Source: Bacteroidales bacterium
Lineage (GTDB): Bacteria; Bacteroidota; Bacteroidia; Bacteroidales; UBA932
Reading direction: 5' to 3'
DNA: 64,000 nt
Assembly (NCBI GenBank): GCA_017651225.1
Contig: JAGCDF010000052.1
Location: 6,991-70,990 of the forward strand
The position numbers were made by a program, and so were the translations under genes. The notes beneath the pieces are model-generated. The model was not told the origin of the DNA. It worked only from the letters and a program-made list of their open reading frames with translations, and made no database searches. Below are positions 28,806 through 38,942 of the stretch, in pieces; the stretch's first letter is position 1, and each line of letters begins with the position of its first letter.

Positions 28806-29429
28806 TTATCGTTGCAGGTTTTCTAAAAAGATTTCCATCAGCTCCGGGTCCTTGATGCCGGGGGCCGTCTCGAAGCGGCTGTTGAGGTCGATGCCCGCGA
28901 GGTACGGGTAGATGAAGTCGTGGAGCGTGGCCACGGTGTCCATCCCGATGCCGCCGCTGAGCAGGAAGCGCGTCTTCTCCTCGTAGTCGTCCATGATGGA
29001 CCAGTCGAAGCGCTTGCCGCTGCCGCCGTGGCCGGGGGTCTTGGTGTCGAAGAGAAAGAGGTCGCAGCTGCCTTCGTAGCCCGCGACGGTGTTGCGCACG
29101 CTCTCTTCGGCGATGCCGAAGGCCTTGATGACGCGCAGGCCGTCGCGCTCGCGCAGTTGCGCGCAGAACTCCGGGCTCTCCGAGCCGTGGAGCTGGACGT
29201 AGTAGAAGCGGTAGGTCTCGTTGCGGCGGAGGATTTCCTCGCGCGGCGCGTCCACGAACACGCCCACGCGGCCCGCCTTGGCGGGGAGGTAGGAGGGCGT
29301 TTCGCGCACGTAGCGCGGGGAGCCGGGGTAGAAGATGAAGCCGATCAGGTCGACGCCCAGGGCTTCGATGGCGCGGATGTTCTCGCCTTCGGTCATGCCG
29401 CAGACCTTGATGAGCTGGTTGTTGATCAT
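28806..29429 (-). CDS. trpF: Phosphoribosylanthranilate isomerase
   Basis: IKVCGM, VQLHGSE, GGSGKRFDW and DLNSRFE motifs. Confidence 0.97.
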   Translation of the reverse strand: MINNQLIKVCGMTEGENIRAIEALGVDLIGFIFYPGSPRYVRETPSYLPAKAGRVGVFVDAPREEILRRNETYRFYYVQLHGSESPEFCAQLRERDGLRVIKAFGIAEESVRNTVAGYEGSCDLFLFDTKTPGHGGSGKRFDWSIMDDYEEKTRFLLSGGIGMDTVATLHDFIYPYLAGIDLNSRFETAPGIKDPELMEIFLENLQR

Positions 29430-30181
29430 AGCGCGTGGATGAATGTGGCCAGGGCGGCGCCCGGGTCGGGTTCTTTCATGAAGGTTTCGCCCATCAGGAA
29501 GCCGCGGAAGCCCGCTTCGCGCAGCTGCCTGACGGTCTCCGGCTTACTGATCCCACTCTCGGAAATGAAGACGCGGCTGTCATCCTGAGCGGAGCGAAGG
29601 ATCTTACTCAGCGTCGGCGCCAGGTCAAACGAAGTCTTCACGTCGGTGACAAAGGAGCCGAGGTGGCGGTTGTTGACGCCGACGACGTCAATTTCCGGCG
29701 TGATGTAGTCGAGCTCGTCGGCGCTGTGGATCTCCAGCAGCACCTCGAGGCCGAGCCGGTGCGCCTCCGCCGTGAGGGCGGCGCAGGCCTCGCGGCTCAG
29801 GCAGGCGGCGATGAGCAGCACGGCGTCGGCGCCCGCCTCCGCGGCCTGGTACAGCTGGACCGGGTCGATGATGAAGTCCTTCCGGAGGATGGGAATGTCC
29901 ACCAGCGGCCGCACGCGGCGGATGAAGTCGAGGCTCCCGCCGAAGTACTGCTCGTCGGTGAGGATGCTGAGCGCCGCCGCGCCGTTCGCCGCGTACACCG
30001 GCACGACTTCCTCCGGCTGCACGTCCGCATGGATCCAGCCTTTCGACGGCGACTTGCGCTTGAACTCCGCGATGATTCCGGTTTTCGATGCCGCCAGCGC
30101 CTGCTTCAGCGAGCGCTTCGGCGCCATCACGGCCGCCAGCTCCTGCCGCTTGGTCTCTATGATTTGTTGCAGAATATCCAT
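29426..30181 (-). CDS. trpC: Indole-3-glycerol phosphate synthase
   Basis: IIAEFKRKSPSKG, LRKDFI, GVNNR and SESGI motifs; carries a repeat-derived loop insertion. Confidence 0.98.
   Translation of the reverse strand: MDILQQIIETKRQELAAVMAPKRSLKQALAASKTGIIAEFKRKSPSKGWIHADVQPEEVVPVYAANGAAALSILTDEQYFGGSLDFIRRVRPLVDIPILRKDFIIDPVQLYQAAEAGADAVLLIAACLSREACAALTAEAHRLGLEVLLEIHSADELDYITPEIDVVGVNNRHLGSFVTDVKTSFDLAPTLSKILRSAQDDSRVFISESGISKPETVRQLREAGFRGFLMGETFMKEPDPGAALATFIHAL
29578..29604 (+). repeat. 27-bp REP-like palindromic element inside the trpC coding frame
   Basis: TGTCATCCTGAGCGGAGCGAAGGATCT on the plus strand; read on the opposite strand in trpC as (K)ILRSAQDD(S); 25/27 identical to 3720-3746. 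Confidence 0.8.
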
Positions 30182-30186
30182 AATTC

Positions 30187-31182
30187 TTAGCTGTAAATCT
30201 CGAGGAACTTCCGGAAGGCGGCGAGGGCGGCGCCGCTGTCGAGCGACTCGCGGCAGCGTGCGATCGATTCCTCCACCGAGAGGTTGCGGTCGATCACCGA
30301 GATGCCGCAGGCGGCGTTCGCCAGGACGACCGACTGCTGCGCCTCCGTGGCCGTGCCTTCCAGCACGGCGTCGAAGATGGCCGCAGCCTCGGCGGCGGAG
30401 GACCCGCCGTAGATGTCCTTCGGCTCCACGTAGTTGAGCCCCAGGTCCTTGGGCGTGAACACTTTCTCGAAGTGCGGGGTCACGAGCTTGAAGCCCGAAG
30501 TCAGCGAGATCTCGTCGTAGCCGTCGTAGCTGGTCAGCACGCCGAAGTTGTCGCCGATCTTCTGGTGGGCCCGGACGTAGAGCCGCTGCTGGGCCTGGGT
30601 GGCCGTGCCGTGCAGGGAGTTCTTCGGCTGGCAGGGATTGACCAGCGGGCCCAGCAGGTTGAAGCAGGTGGGCACGCCCAGCGCGCGGCGCACGGGGCCG
30701 ACGAACTTCATGCCGTAGGCGAAGAGCGGAGCGTGGAGGTAGCAGATGCCGGCCTCGTCGAGGGCGCGCTTCAGCGTGTCCGGGTTGTCGGTGAACTTGG
30801 CCCCGTGGGCCTCCAGGACGGTGCTCGCGCCGCTCACGGAGGTGCTCGCGCCGTTGCCGTGCTTCGTCACCTTGTAGCCCGCGCCGGCGATCACGAAGGC
30901 CGCGCAGGTGGAGATGTTGAAGGTGTTCTTGCCGTCGCCGCCGGTGCCGACGATGTCCAGCGTATTGTAGTCGGAGAGGTCCACGTGCTTGCCGGTCTCC
31001 AGCAGGCCGTCACGGAAGCCGAGGAGCTCGTCCACCGTGACGCCGCGCGTCTGGAGCGCCATCAGCAGCGCCGCGATCTGGCTGTCGTTGTAGGCCTGTC
31101 GGGTGATGCCCAGCAGGATGTCGTGCGTCTGTTCGCGGGAGAGCGTCTCCCCTTCGATGAGTTGGTTCAGATACTGTTTCAT
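30187..31182 (-). CDS. trpD: Anthranilate phosphoribosyltransferase
   Basis: DIVGTGGDGKNTFNIST, KHGN, FNLLGPLVNP and DEIS motifs. Confidence 0.98.
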   Translation of the reverse strand: MKQYLNQLIEGETLSREQTHDILLGITRQAYNDSQIAALLMALQTRGVTVDELLGFRDGLLETGKHVDLSDYNTLDIVGTGGDGKNTFNISTCAAFVIAGAGYKVTKHGNGASTSVSGASTVLEAHGAKFTDNPDTLKRALDEAGICYLHAPLFAYGMKFVGPVRRALGVPTCFNLLGPLVNPCQPKNSLHGTATQAQQRLYVRAHQKIGDNFGVLTSYDGYDEISLTSGFKLVTPHFEKVFTPKDLGLNYVEPKDIYGGSSAAEAAAIFDAVLEGTATEAQQSVVLANAACGISVIDRNLSVEESIARCRESLDSGAALAAFRKFLEIYS

Positions 31183-31194
31183 ATTGTGTAACTT

Positions 31195-31758
<564 letters not shown>

Positions 31759-31763
31759 AAGGC

Positions 31764-33155
31764 TCAGAGTGTTGCGGCGATCTCAATAGCTTTGCGGAGC
31801 GCGCCGAGTTTGTTGTTGACTTCCTGGAGTTCGTAGGCGGGGTCGCTCTTGGCGACGATGCCGCCGCCGGCCTGGAACCAGAGTTCCCCGCCGCGGCTCA
31901 CAAAGGAGCGGATGGTGATGGCCTGGTTCAGCGAGCCGTCGAAGCCGATGCTCCCCACGCAGCCGCCGTAGGCGCCGCGGTTGTGGGGCTCGAGCTCGGA
32001 GATGATCTGCATCGCGCGGACCTTCGGCGCGCCGGAGAGCGTCCCGGCGGGGAAGGTGTCGATGAAGGTCTTGACGGGGTCGGCGCCCGCGTCCGGCACG
32101 CCGCTCACGCGGCTGACGAGGTGGATGACGTGCGAGTAGTACTGCAGCTCCTTGTAGAAGTCGACGCGCACGTCGTGGCAGTTGCGCGAAAGGTCGTTGC
32201 GCGCCAGGTCCACCAGCATCACGTGCTCGGCGTTCTCCTTGGGGTCGTTGCGGAGGAACTCCGCCCCGCGCGCGTCGGCCGCGTCGTCGCCCGTGCGGCG
32301 CGTCGTGCCCGCGATGGGGTCGATGTACGCGCGCCCGCCCTCGATGCGGCAGTGGGTCTCGGGCGAGGAGCCGAAGATGCGGTAGCCGCCGAAGTCCATG
32401 TAGAAGAGGTACGGGGAGGGGTTGATGCTGCGCAGGGCGCGATAGAGCTGGAAGTCGTCGCCCTCGTAGCGCTGCACGAAGCGGCGCGACAGGACGACCT
32501 GGAAGACGTCACCGCGGTGGCAGTGGGCGATGCCCCGGCGGATGTTGGCCAGGTGCTCCTCGTCCGTCAGCGTCGAGCTGACCTCGCCCGTCGGGCGGAA
32601 ATCGTAGAGATTGGTGGCCGCGCGGCCGAGCAGGCGCTCGACGCGCTCGCCCTCCGGCTCCGCGCCTTCCGGCACTAACTCGTGGAGGGTCAGGCGGTTA
32701 CGGAAGTGGTCGAACTCCAGGGTGAAGCGGAACAGGATGTAGAGCAGATCCGGCGCGTCGTGCTCCGCGTGCGTCTCGTCCTTGACCGCGATGTCCTCGA
32801 AATAGCGCACCGCGTTGAACGTGGTGAAGCCCCAGAGTGAAACATTTTTGTTACTTAATTCAAAGCTGTCCATGAATTCGCGGACAAGTTTGTCCGCCGG
32901 GTAGTCCGCGGAGATGTTCTTCTCCAGTCGGCTGCCGTCCGGCAGGGCCTGGAAGCCGATTCCGTGGGCGACGCCCACTTCGGCGAGCGGCTCCAGCGCG
33001 ATGAACGAGCGCGCGTCGCGCCCGGCGTGATAGTCGCTGCTCTCCATCAGGATGGAGCGCGAAGAAGCGTCCCGCAGGCGCAGATACGCGGACACGGGGG
33101 TATGCAGATCGCCGGGCAATTCCCGACTGACGAGGCTATAACTAAATTGTTTCAT
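31764..33155 (-). CDS. trpE: Anthranilate synthase component I
   Basis: GDVFQVVLS, NPSPY, PIAGT, EHVMLVDLARND and PAGTLSGAPK motifs. Confidence 0.97.
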   Translation of the reverse strand: MKQFSYSLVSRELPGDLHTPVSAYLRLRDASSRSILMESSDYHAGRDARSFIALEPLAEVGVAHGIGFQALPDGSRLEKNISADYPADKLVREFMDSFELSNKNVSLWGFTTFNAVRYFEDIAVKDETHAEHDAPDLLYILFRFTLEFDHFRNRLTLHELVPEGAEPEGERVERLLGRAATNLYDFRPTGEVSSTLTDEEHLANIRRGIAHCHRGDVFQVVLSRRFVQRYEGDDFQLYRALRSINPSPYLFYMDFGGYRIFGSSPETHCRIEGGRAYIDPIAGTTRRTGDDAADARGAEFLRNDPKENAEHVMLVDLARNDLSRNCHDVRVDFYKELQYYSHVIHLVSRVSGVPDAGADPVKTFIDTFPAGTLSGAPKVRAMQIISELEPHNRGAYGGCVGSIGFDGSLNQAITIRSFVSRGGELWFQAGGGIVAKSDPAYELQEVNNKLGALRKAIEIAATL

Positions 33156-34336
33156 TTCTTGATATAGTTGAGGTAAGTCTCGATGTCCTTGTCGCCCCGT
33201 CCGGAGACGGTCAGCACCACGATGTCCTCCGGACGGAAGTCCATCTTGCCCAGCGCCGCGAGGGCGTGGGCGCTCTCGAGCGCCGGGATGATGCCCTCGA
33301 GGCGCGTGAGCTCGAAGGCGGCGGCGACGGCTTCGTCGTCGTTGATCGGAATCACACGGGCGCGTCCCTGCGCCGCCAGGTTGGCGTGCATCGGGCCGAT
33401 GCCCGGGTAGTCCAGGCCGGCACTGATGGAGTACGGTTCCTCGATCTGCCCGTCCGGGCTCTGGATCACGTAGCTCTTGGCGCCGTGCAGGATGCCCACC
33501 TGCCCGAGGGCGATGGTGGCGGCCGTCTTGCCGCTGTCGATCCCCAGGCCGCCCGCCTCCGCAAGCACGATCTTCACGCGCGGGTCATCTATATAATGAT
33601 AGATGGTGCCGCCGGCGTTGGAGCCGCCGCCCACGCAGGCCATCAGGTAGTCGGGGTAGTCGCGGCCCACGTGCTCCTGCAGCTGGCCCTTGATCTCCTC
33701 GCTGATCACGGACTGCAGGCGTGCCACCATGTCGGGATAGGGGTGCGGACCGACGGTGGAGCCGATGATATAGAAGGTGTCGGAGGGGTGGCAGCACCAG
33801 TCGCGGATGGCCTCGTTGGTGGCGTCCTTGAGCGTCTTGTTGCCGGAGGTCACGGGGACGACCGTGGCGCCCAACATCTTCATCTTCTCGACGTTGACCC
33901 GCTGGCGCTGCACGTCCGTCTCGCCCATGTAGACCACGCACTCCATGTCCATCAGCGCGCACACCGTGGCCGTGGCCACGCCGTGCTGGCCGGCGCCTGT
34001 CTCGGCGATGATGCGCCGCTTGCCCATGCGCCGGGCCACGAGGATCTGCCCCACAGTGTTGTTGATCTTGTGGGCACCGGTGTGGTTGAGGTCCTCGCGC
34101 TTGAGGTAGATCTGCGCGCCGTAGCGCTCGGAGAGTCGCCGGGCGCAGTAGAGCGGGCTCGGGCGCCCGACGTAGTCGCGCAGCAGCGCGCGGAATTCCC
34201 GCTGGAACTCCTCGCTCTCGAGGATGGGGAGGTAGGCCTCCTGCAGGTCGGAGACACACTGGTGGAGGATCTCGGGGACGTAGGCGCCGCCGAACTCACC
34301 GTAATAACCTTCTGAATCTACTAAATAACTTTTCAT
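33152..34336 (-). CDS. trpB: Tryptophan synthase beta subunit
   Basis: KREDLNHTGAHKINN (PLP Lys), ETGAGQHG, GGGSNA, LDYPG and SGRGDKD motifs. Confidence 0.99.
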   Translation of the reverse strand: MKSYLVDSEGYYGEFGGAYVPEILHQCVSDLQEAYLPILESEEFQREFRALLRDYVGRPSPLYCARRLSERYGAQIYLKREDLNHTGAHKINNTVGQILVARRMGKRRIIAETGAGQHGVATATVCALMDMECVVYMGETDVQRQRVNVEKMKMLGATVVPVTSGNKTLKDATNEAIRDWCCHPSDTFYIIGSTVGPHPYPDMVARLQSVISEEIKGQLQEHVGRDYPDYLMACVGGGSNAGGTIYHYIDDPRVKIVLAEAGGLGIDSGKTAATIALGQVGILHGAKSYVIQSPDGQIEEPYSISAGLDYPGIGPMHANLAAQGRARVIPINDDEAVAAAFELTRLEGIIPALESAHALAALGKMDFRPEDIVVLTVSGRGDKDIETYLNYIKK

Positions 34337-34359
34337 ATCTTGTGTTGTTTATATTCCGG

Positions 34360-34393
34360 AAAAGGGCCCTGTCGCATCGCGGCAGGGCCCTTT
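34360..34393 (-). terminator. trp attenuator terminator hairpin
   Basis: Minus strand aaagggccctg-loop-cagggcccttt(t), between the leader peptide and trpB. Confidence 0.8.
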
Positions 34394-34439
34394 GTTTATC
34401 TCTCTATAATTTCAGATACACATACGGAGCGTCAACCTC

Positions 34440-34499
34440 TTACGACTTCTGGAGTTGTAACAGGCGCCACCACCAATATGCGTTCATGCGGCAATTCAT
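34440..34499 (-). CDS. trpL: trp operon leader peptide MNCRMNAYWWWRLLQLQKS (alternative start at 34487)
   Basis: Short ORF with three consecutive TGG codons, between the -7 element TACCTTTG (34507-34514) and a terminator upstream of trpB. Confidence 0.88.
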   Translation of the reverse strand: MNCRMNAYWWWRLLQLQKS

Positions 34500-34585
34500 A
34501 CGACTACAAAGGTAGAAAACTGATGGATAAATCCAAAGAGTTTTTTGACTTTTTTCGTAACTTGGCCCCACGAAAACCCCATTTT

Positions 34586-37381
34586 ATGAAACGTCTTTCA
34601 TTTATCCTCCTTTCGGTCGCACTTATGGCCTCCGGCTCCCTCTGGGCCCAGAAGCCGCTCGACCACGACGTCTACGACGGATGGCAGTCCGTCCGCAATG
34701 TCAAGCTCACGCCCGACGGCAAAATGCTCAGTTACGAAGTTGCTCCCCAGGAGGGCGACTGCACGCTTTACGTGCGCAACCTCGCCACGGGCGCGGAAGT
34801 CTCCGTGCCGCGCGGCACGGCGCTGAAGTGGACGGGCGAGCTGGCCGTCTTCACGGTCAAGGCCCCCTTCGCCGAGACGCGCCAGGCCAAGATCGACAAG
34901 AAGAAAAAGGAGGACCAGCCCAAGGACAGCCTCGCGCGCATGGACCTGCGCACGCTGGAATGGAAGATGGTCGGCGCCTCCGGCACCACGGCCATGGGCT
35001 CCGACGCGGCGCCGTATCTTTTCGCCGCGCAGGAGGTCAAGGGTCGCAAGTCCAAGAACCTGCTCTGCATCACGCTGGCCACGGGCGCCGTGGACACGTT
35101 GAAGAACGTCTCCGACTTCGAGACCTCCGCCGCCGGCGACCGCCTGCTCGTGACGACCGCCAAGGAGGAGAAGGACTCCCTGTCGCGCAGCGCTGTGATC
35201 CTCTACGACCTCGCGAAGGGTAGCGTTGACACGCTCTCCAGCGGCCGCAAGGCCTACGCGGGCGGCCGCTTCAGCGCCGCCGGCGACAAGGTGCTCTTCG
35301 CCGCCACGGACGAGGAGGAGAAGGAAGACGGCACGCCCGCCTACGCCCTCTATCTCGCACAGGAGCGCGTCCTGGAGAAGGCCACGCGCCGCACGCCCGC
35401 CGTCACGGAGTGGAGCTGCTGCATGCTGCTGCCCGCCGATGCCGCCGCCCTCCCGGAGGGCTGGATCGTCGGCTCCGGCGCGGGCCCCGCTTTCTCGAAC
35501 GCCAATTCCCGGGTCGTCCTGCGCCTGCAGGAGAAATTCCCGGCCAAGGATACGACCGTCTATGACTTCGAAGCCGCCCAGCTGGACATCTGGGTCTGGG
35601 ACAGGAAGACCGTCCCGCCGATGGACAAAGTCGCGCGCGGGGGCGACCGCCGCACGGCGGTGGTGAACCTGGACCGCCCGGGCGAGCTGCTGGTCCTGTC
35701 CCGCAGCGCCTCCGACCGCATCACCTTCTTCGACGGTGCGGAGGGCGCCTACGCCCTTTCCATGGACACCGAGCCCTACGACGTGGAGAATTACTGGGAT
35801 GCGGACGGCCGCGCGGACATCGCGCTCGTGAGCCTGCTCGACGGCAGCCGCAGCCCGCTCGCCGAGGGTGCCGGCGGCTACGCCGTCCCCTCGCCGTACG
35901 GCAAGTATCTCGCCTGGTTCAATTCGGAAGACGGCAACTGGTATTGCCGGAATCTGGCCACGGGGGTTGAGGTGAACCTGACCGGCGCCACGGGCGTGAA
36001 TTTCTGGGACGAGGAGGATGACCACCCGCTCCCGGGCTACACGAACATCGGCCGCCCGGCCTGGGTGGGCAAAGACGACGCCCTACTCATTACGGACCGC
36101 TACGACGTGTGGCGCTTCAGCCCCGACGGCAAGAAGGCCGAGTGTCTGACGCGCGGGGCGGGCCGCCGCGACCGCGTGCAGTACCGCCCGGTGCAGTGGG
36201 GCCTGCACGACAATCCCTACCTCTACCAGAACATCCACACTTATCCCCTCAAGGGCACGCTCCGCTTGTCCTCCTTCAACGAAGTGGACAAGCGCAACGG
36301 CTTCGCCACCGTGGACATCGCCAAGGGCGGCGAGCCGCGCGGCTTCCTCGCAGAGAAGGCCTTCTCGAACGTGACGAAGGCGGAGAACGCGGACGTGGTC
36401 GCCTTCCTGAAGGGCGACTTCCGCCACCCGAACGACCTCTACATCACCCGCGATTGGTGGGGCTCCGAGTCCAAGCTGACCGCCATCAACCCCCAGCAGG
36501 CGAATTACCGCTGGGGAGACGTCCAGCTGGTCCACTGGAACGCCTACGACGGCACGCCGCTCGACGGCCTGCTCTTCACCCCCGACGGGTACGATCCCAA
36601 CGGCAGCTACCCGCTGATGATCTACTTCTACGAGAAGTATTCCGAGACGCTCTACAACTACCGCGCGCCGGCCCCGAGCCGCTCCACGGTCAACATTCCC
36701 TTCTTTGTGAGCCGCGGCTACGTGGTCTTCATCCCGGACATCGTCTACGTGGACGGACACCCGGGCGAGAGCGCCTACAACTGCATCTGCGCGGGTGCGG
36801 AGGCGATGTGCGCGCAGTTCCCCTTCATCGACAAGAAGCGCATGGCCATCCAGGGCCAGAGCTGGGGCGGCTACCAGACGGCCTACCTCGTCACGCGCAC
36901 CGACATGTTCGCGGCGGCGGGCGCCGGCGCCCCGGTGGGCAACATGACCAGCGCCTACGGCGGCATCCGCTGGGAGTCCGGCAACAGCCGGATCCCGCAG
37001 TACGAGTACGGCCAGAGCCGCGTCGGCAAGACGCTCTGGGAGGAGGGCGGCCTGGATCTCTACATCGAGAATTCCCCGGTCTTCCACGCGCCCAACGTGA
37101 AGACGCCGGTGCTCATCATGCACAACGACAATGACGGCGCCGTGCCCTGGTACCAGGGCATTGAGTTCTTCATGAGCCTGCGCCGCCTGGGCAAGCCCGC
37201 CTGGCTGCTGGAGTACAACAACGAGGCGCACAACCTCTCCGAGCGCCGCAACGCCAAGGATCTGTCGGTCCGCCTGTCGCAGTTCTTCGACCACTACCTC
37301 CTCGGCGCCCCCGAGCCCGTCTGGATGCAGTCCGGCATTCCCCATGCCCGAAAAGGGAATTATTTCGCAACGGAATACTAA
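34586..37381 (+). CDS. S9 family prolyl-oligopeptidase/acylaminoacyl peptidase, secreted
   Basis: Signal peptide from ATG 34586; beta-propeller region; GQSWGG (Ser), NDNDGAVP (Asp) and EAHNL (His). Confidence 0.92.
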   Translation: MKRLSFILLSVALMASGSLWAQKPLDHDVYDGWQSVRNVKLTPDGKMLSYEVAPQEGDCTLYVRNLATGAEVSVPRGTALKWTGELAVFTVKAPFAETRQAKIDKKKKEDQPKDSLARMDLRTLEWKMVGASGTTAMGSDAAPYLFAAQEVKGRKSKNLLCITLATGAVDTLKNVSDFETSAAGDRLLVTTAKEEKDSLSRSAVILYDLAKGSVDTLSSGRKAYAGGRFSAAGDKVLFAATDEEEKEDGTPAYALYLAQERVLEKATRRTPAVTEWSCCMLLPADAAALPEGWIVGSGAGPAFSNANSRVVLRLQEKFPAKDTTVYDFEAAQLDIWVWDRKTVPPMDKVARGGDRRTAVVNLDRPGELLVLSRSASDRITFFDGAEGAYALSMDTEPYDVENYWDADGRADIALVSLLDGSRSPLAEGAGGYAVPSPYGKYLAWFNSEDGNWYCRNLATGVEVNLTGATGVNFWDEEDDHPLPGYTNIGRPAWVGKDDALLITDRYDVWRFSPDGKKAECLTRGAGRRDRVQYRPVQWGLHDNPYLYQNIHTYPLKGTLRLSSFNEVDKRNGFATVDIAKGGEPRGFLAEKAFSNVTKAENADVVAFLKGDFRHPNDLYITRDWWGSESKLTAINPQQANYRWGDVQLVHWNAYDGTPLDGLLFTPDGYDPNGSYPLMIYFYEKYSETLYNYRAPAPSRSTVNIPFFVSRGYVVFIPDIVYVDGHPGESAYNCICAGAEAMCAQFPFIDKKRMAIQGQSWGGYQTAYLVTRTDMFAAAGAGAPVGNMTSAYGGIRWESGNSRIPQYEYGQSRVGKTLWEEGGLDLYIENSPVFHAPNVKTPVLIMHNDNDGAVPWYQGIEFFMSLRRLGKPAWLLEYNNEAHNLSERRNAKDLSVRLSQFFDHYLLGAPEPVWMQSGIPHARKGNYFATEY

Positions 37382-37383
37382 AA

Positions 37384-37413
37384 GAAAAGCCCAGCCGACC
37401 GGCTGGGCTTTCT
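37384..37413. terminator. Bidirectional intrinsic terminator
   Basis: aaagcccagcc/ggctgggcttt stem between convergent genes. Confidence 0.8.
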
Positions 37414-37419
37414 GCTTTG

Positions 37420-38868
37420 CTAGAGGGAATCGCCGAAGTCCTCGCGGAACTTCTTGACGAGATCCTCCTGCCAGTAGCCGATCTCCTTCATGCGGCCGAA
37501 GAAGAAGCGGAGCACCTTCGGCTCGGAGACCCACTCGAGGCCGCCGATGATCTTGCGGTTGTCCCACAGCCACTTCACACGGTCGGCGCAGTACTTGACC
37601 TGCGAGAGCGTGAAGACGCGGCGCGGCATTGCGAGGCGCTGGAGCTCGAGCTCCGCGTAGCGCTCGGTGCCGTCCGGCTCGCGCTGCTCAGACACGGTAC
37701 CGCGCTCCATGCCGCGGATACCGCCGGCGATGTAGAGCGCGGCGCCCACGGCGGCTGCCGGGTACTGGTTGTGGGGGATGTCCGGGACAATCTCGGAGCA
37801 GTTGAGATGGGCGCCGAGGCCGCCGGCGGGCTTGATCACCGGCACGCCGTAGTCGTCCAGTTCCTTCACCAGGTAGGCGATGAACTCAGGACCCTGGCTG
37901 ATGTATTCCATATCGAGGGACTCGTAAAGGCCGACGGCCATCGACTCCATCGAGCGGACCTCCATACCGCCGTAGGTGAGGAAGCCCTCGTAGAGCGGCA
38001 CGAACTCCATCATTTCGTCGGTGAACTTCTTGTCGTGGGCGGTGATGATGCCGCCGCGGGAGAAGCCGAGTTTGCGGGCGGAGAAGTAGATGATGTCGAA
38101 GCGGTCTGCCAGCGTGTGGTAGATCTCCTTGGTGGTCATGAACTTGCAGCGCGGCTCGCGGGTCTTCATGAAATAGACGTTGTCCTGCAGCAGGGAAGCG
38201 TCGAGCACGCTGCGCACGCCGAATTCGTGGCAAATGTCCGTGACGGCGAGCATGTTCTCCAGGCTCACCGGCTGGCCGCCGATGAGGTTGGTGCCGGCTT
38301 CCACGCGCACGAAGGCGACCTTCTCCGGACCGTAGTCCTTGATGGCCTTGCGGAGGGCCTTGAGGTCGAAGTTGCCCTTGAACGGGTCGTCCGTCTGCGG
38401 GATCAGGCCCTTCTTGTCCACGAGCTCAACCACTTCGCCGCCCACGCGTGTGATGTGCGCCTTGGCGGTGGTGAAGTGGAAATTCATCAGCGCGACCATG
38501 CCCGGCTTCACGTACGCCTCCGCGAGGATGTTCTCCGCGGCGCGGCCCTGGTGGGCCGGCAGGACGTTTTCCGTGCCGAAGACCTCCTTGATGGCGGCCT
38601 TGACGCGGTTGAAGGTTTCGGATCCGGCGTAGGAATCATCGGCGATGCTCATCGCGGCCACCTGCTGGTCGGACATACCGTTCACGCCGGAGTCCGTGAG
38701 CATATCCATGTAGATGTCCTTGTTCTGGAGGAGGAAAGTGTTGTTGCCCGCCTCCTGGATGCGCTTCAGACGCTCTTCGACAGGGAGCAGGGAGAGTTTC
38801 TGGACGACGCGCACTTTGTGCATCTCCAGGGGCACCTGATTCTCAGGCTGATAGAATTTGACTGCCAT
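37420..38868 (-). CDS. tnaA: Tryptophanase / tyrosine phenol-lyase family beta-eliminating lyase
   Basis: DMLTDSG, DDSYAGS, HQGRAAE, FTT, GGQPVS, FSARK (PLP Lys), EGFLTYGG and RLAMPRR motifs. Substrate is not certain. Confidence 0.8.
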   Translation of the reverse strand: MAVKFYQPENQVPLEMHKVRVVQKLSLLPVEERLKRIQEAGNNTFLLQNKDIYMDMLTDSGVNGMSDQQVAAMSIADDSYAGSETFNRVKAAIKEVFGTENVLPAHQGRAAENILAEAYVKPGMVALMNFHFTTAKAHITRVGGEVVELVDKKGLIPQTDDPFKGNFDLKALRKAIKDYGPEKVAFVRVEAGTNLIGGQPVSLENMLAVTDICHEFGVRSVLDASLLQDNVYFMKTREPRCKFMTTKEIYHTLADRFDIIYFSARKLGFSRGGIITAHDKKFTDEMMEFVPLYEGFLTYGGMEVRSMESMAVGLYESLDMEYISQGPEFIAYLVKELDDYGVPVIKPAGGLGAHLNCSEIVPDIPHNQYPAAAVGAALYIAGGIRGMERGTVSEQREPDGTERYAELELQRLAMPRRVFTLSQVKYCADRVKWLWDNRKIIGGLEWVSEPKVLRFFFGRMKEIGYWQEDLVKKFREDFGDSL

Positions 38869-38942
38869 AGTATGGAATTTTTGCTACTTTGCGACTAACC
38901 GCGTCACTAAGGTAGAAAATTAATGGTATATTTGCAACTGTT

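Noticed and set aside
38869-38942. tnaC-like leader peptide for the tryptophanase-family gene
   Set aside because: The intergenic region is only 74 bp, holds divergent promoters, and has no Trp/Pro-containing ORF.
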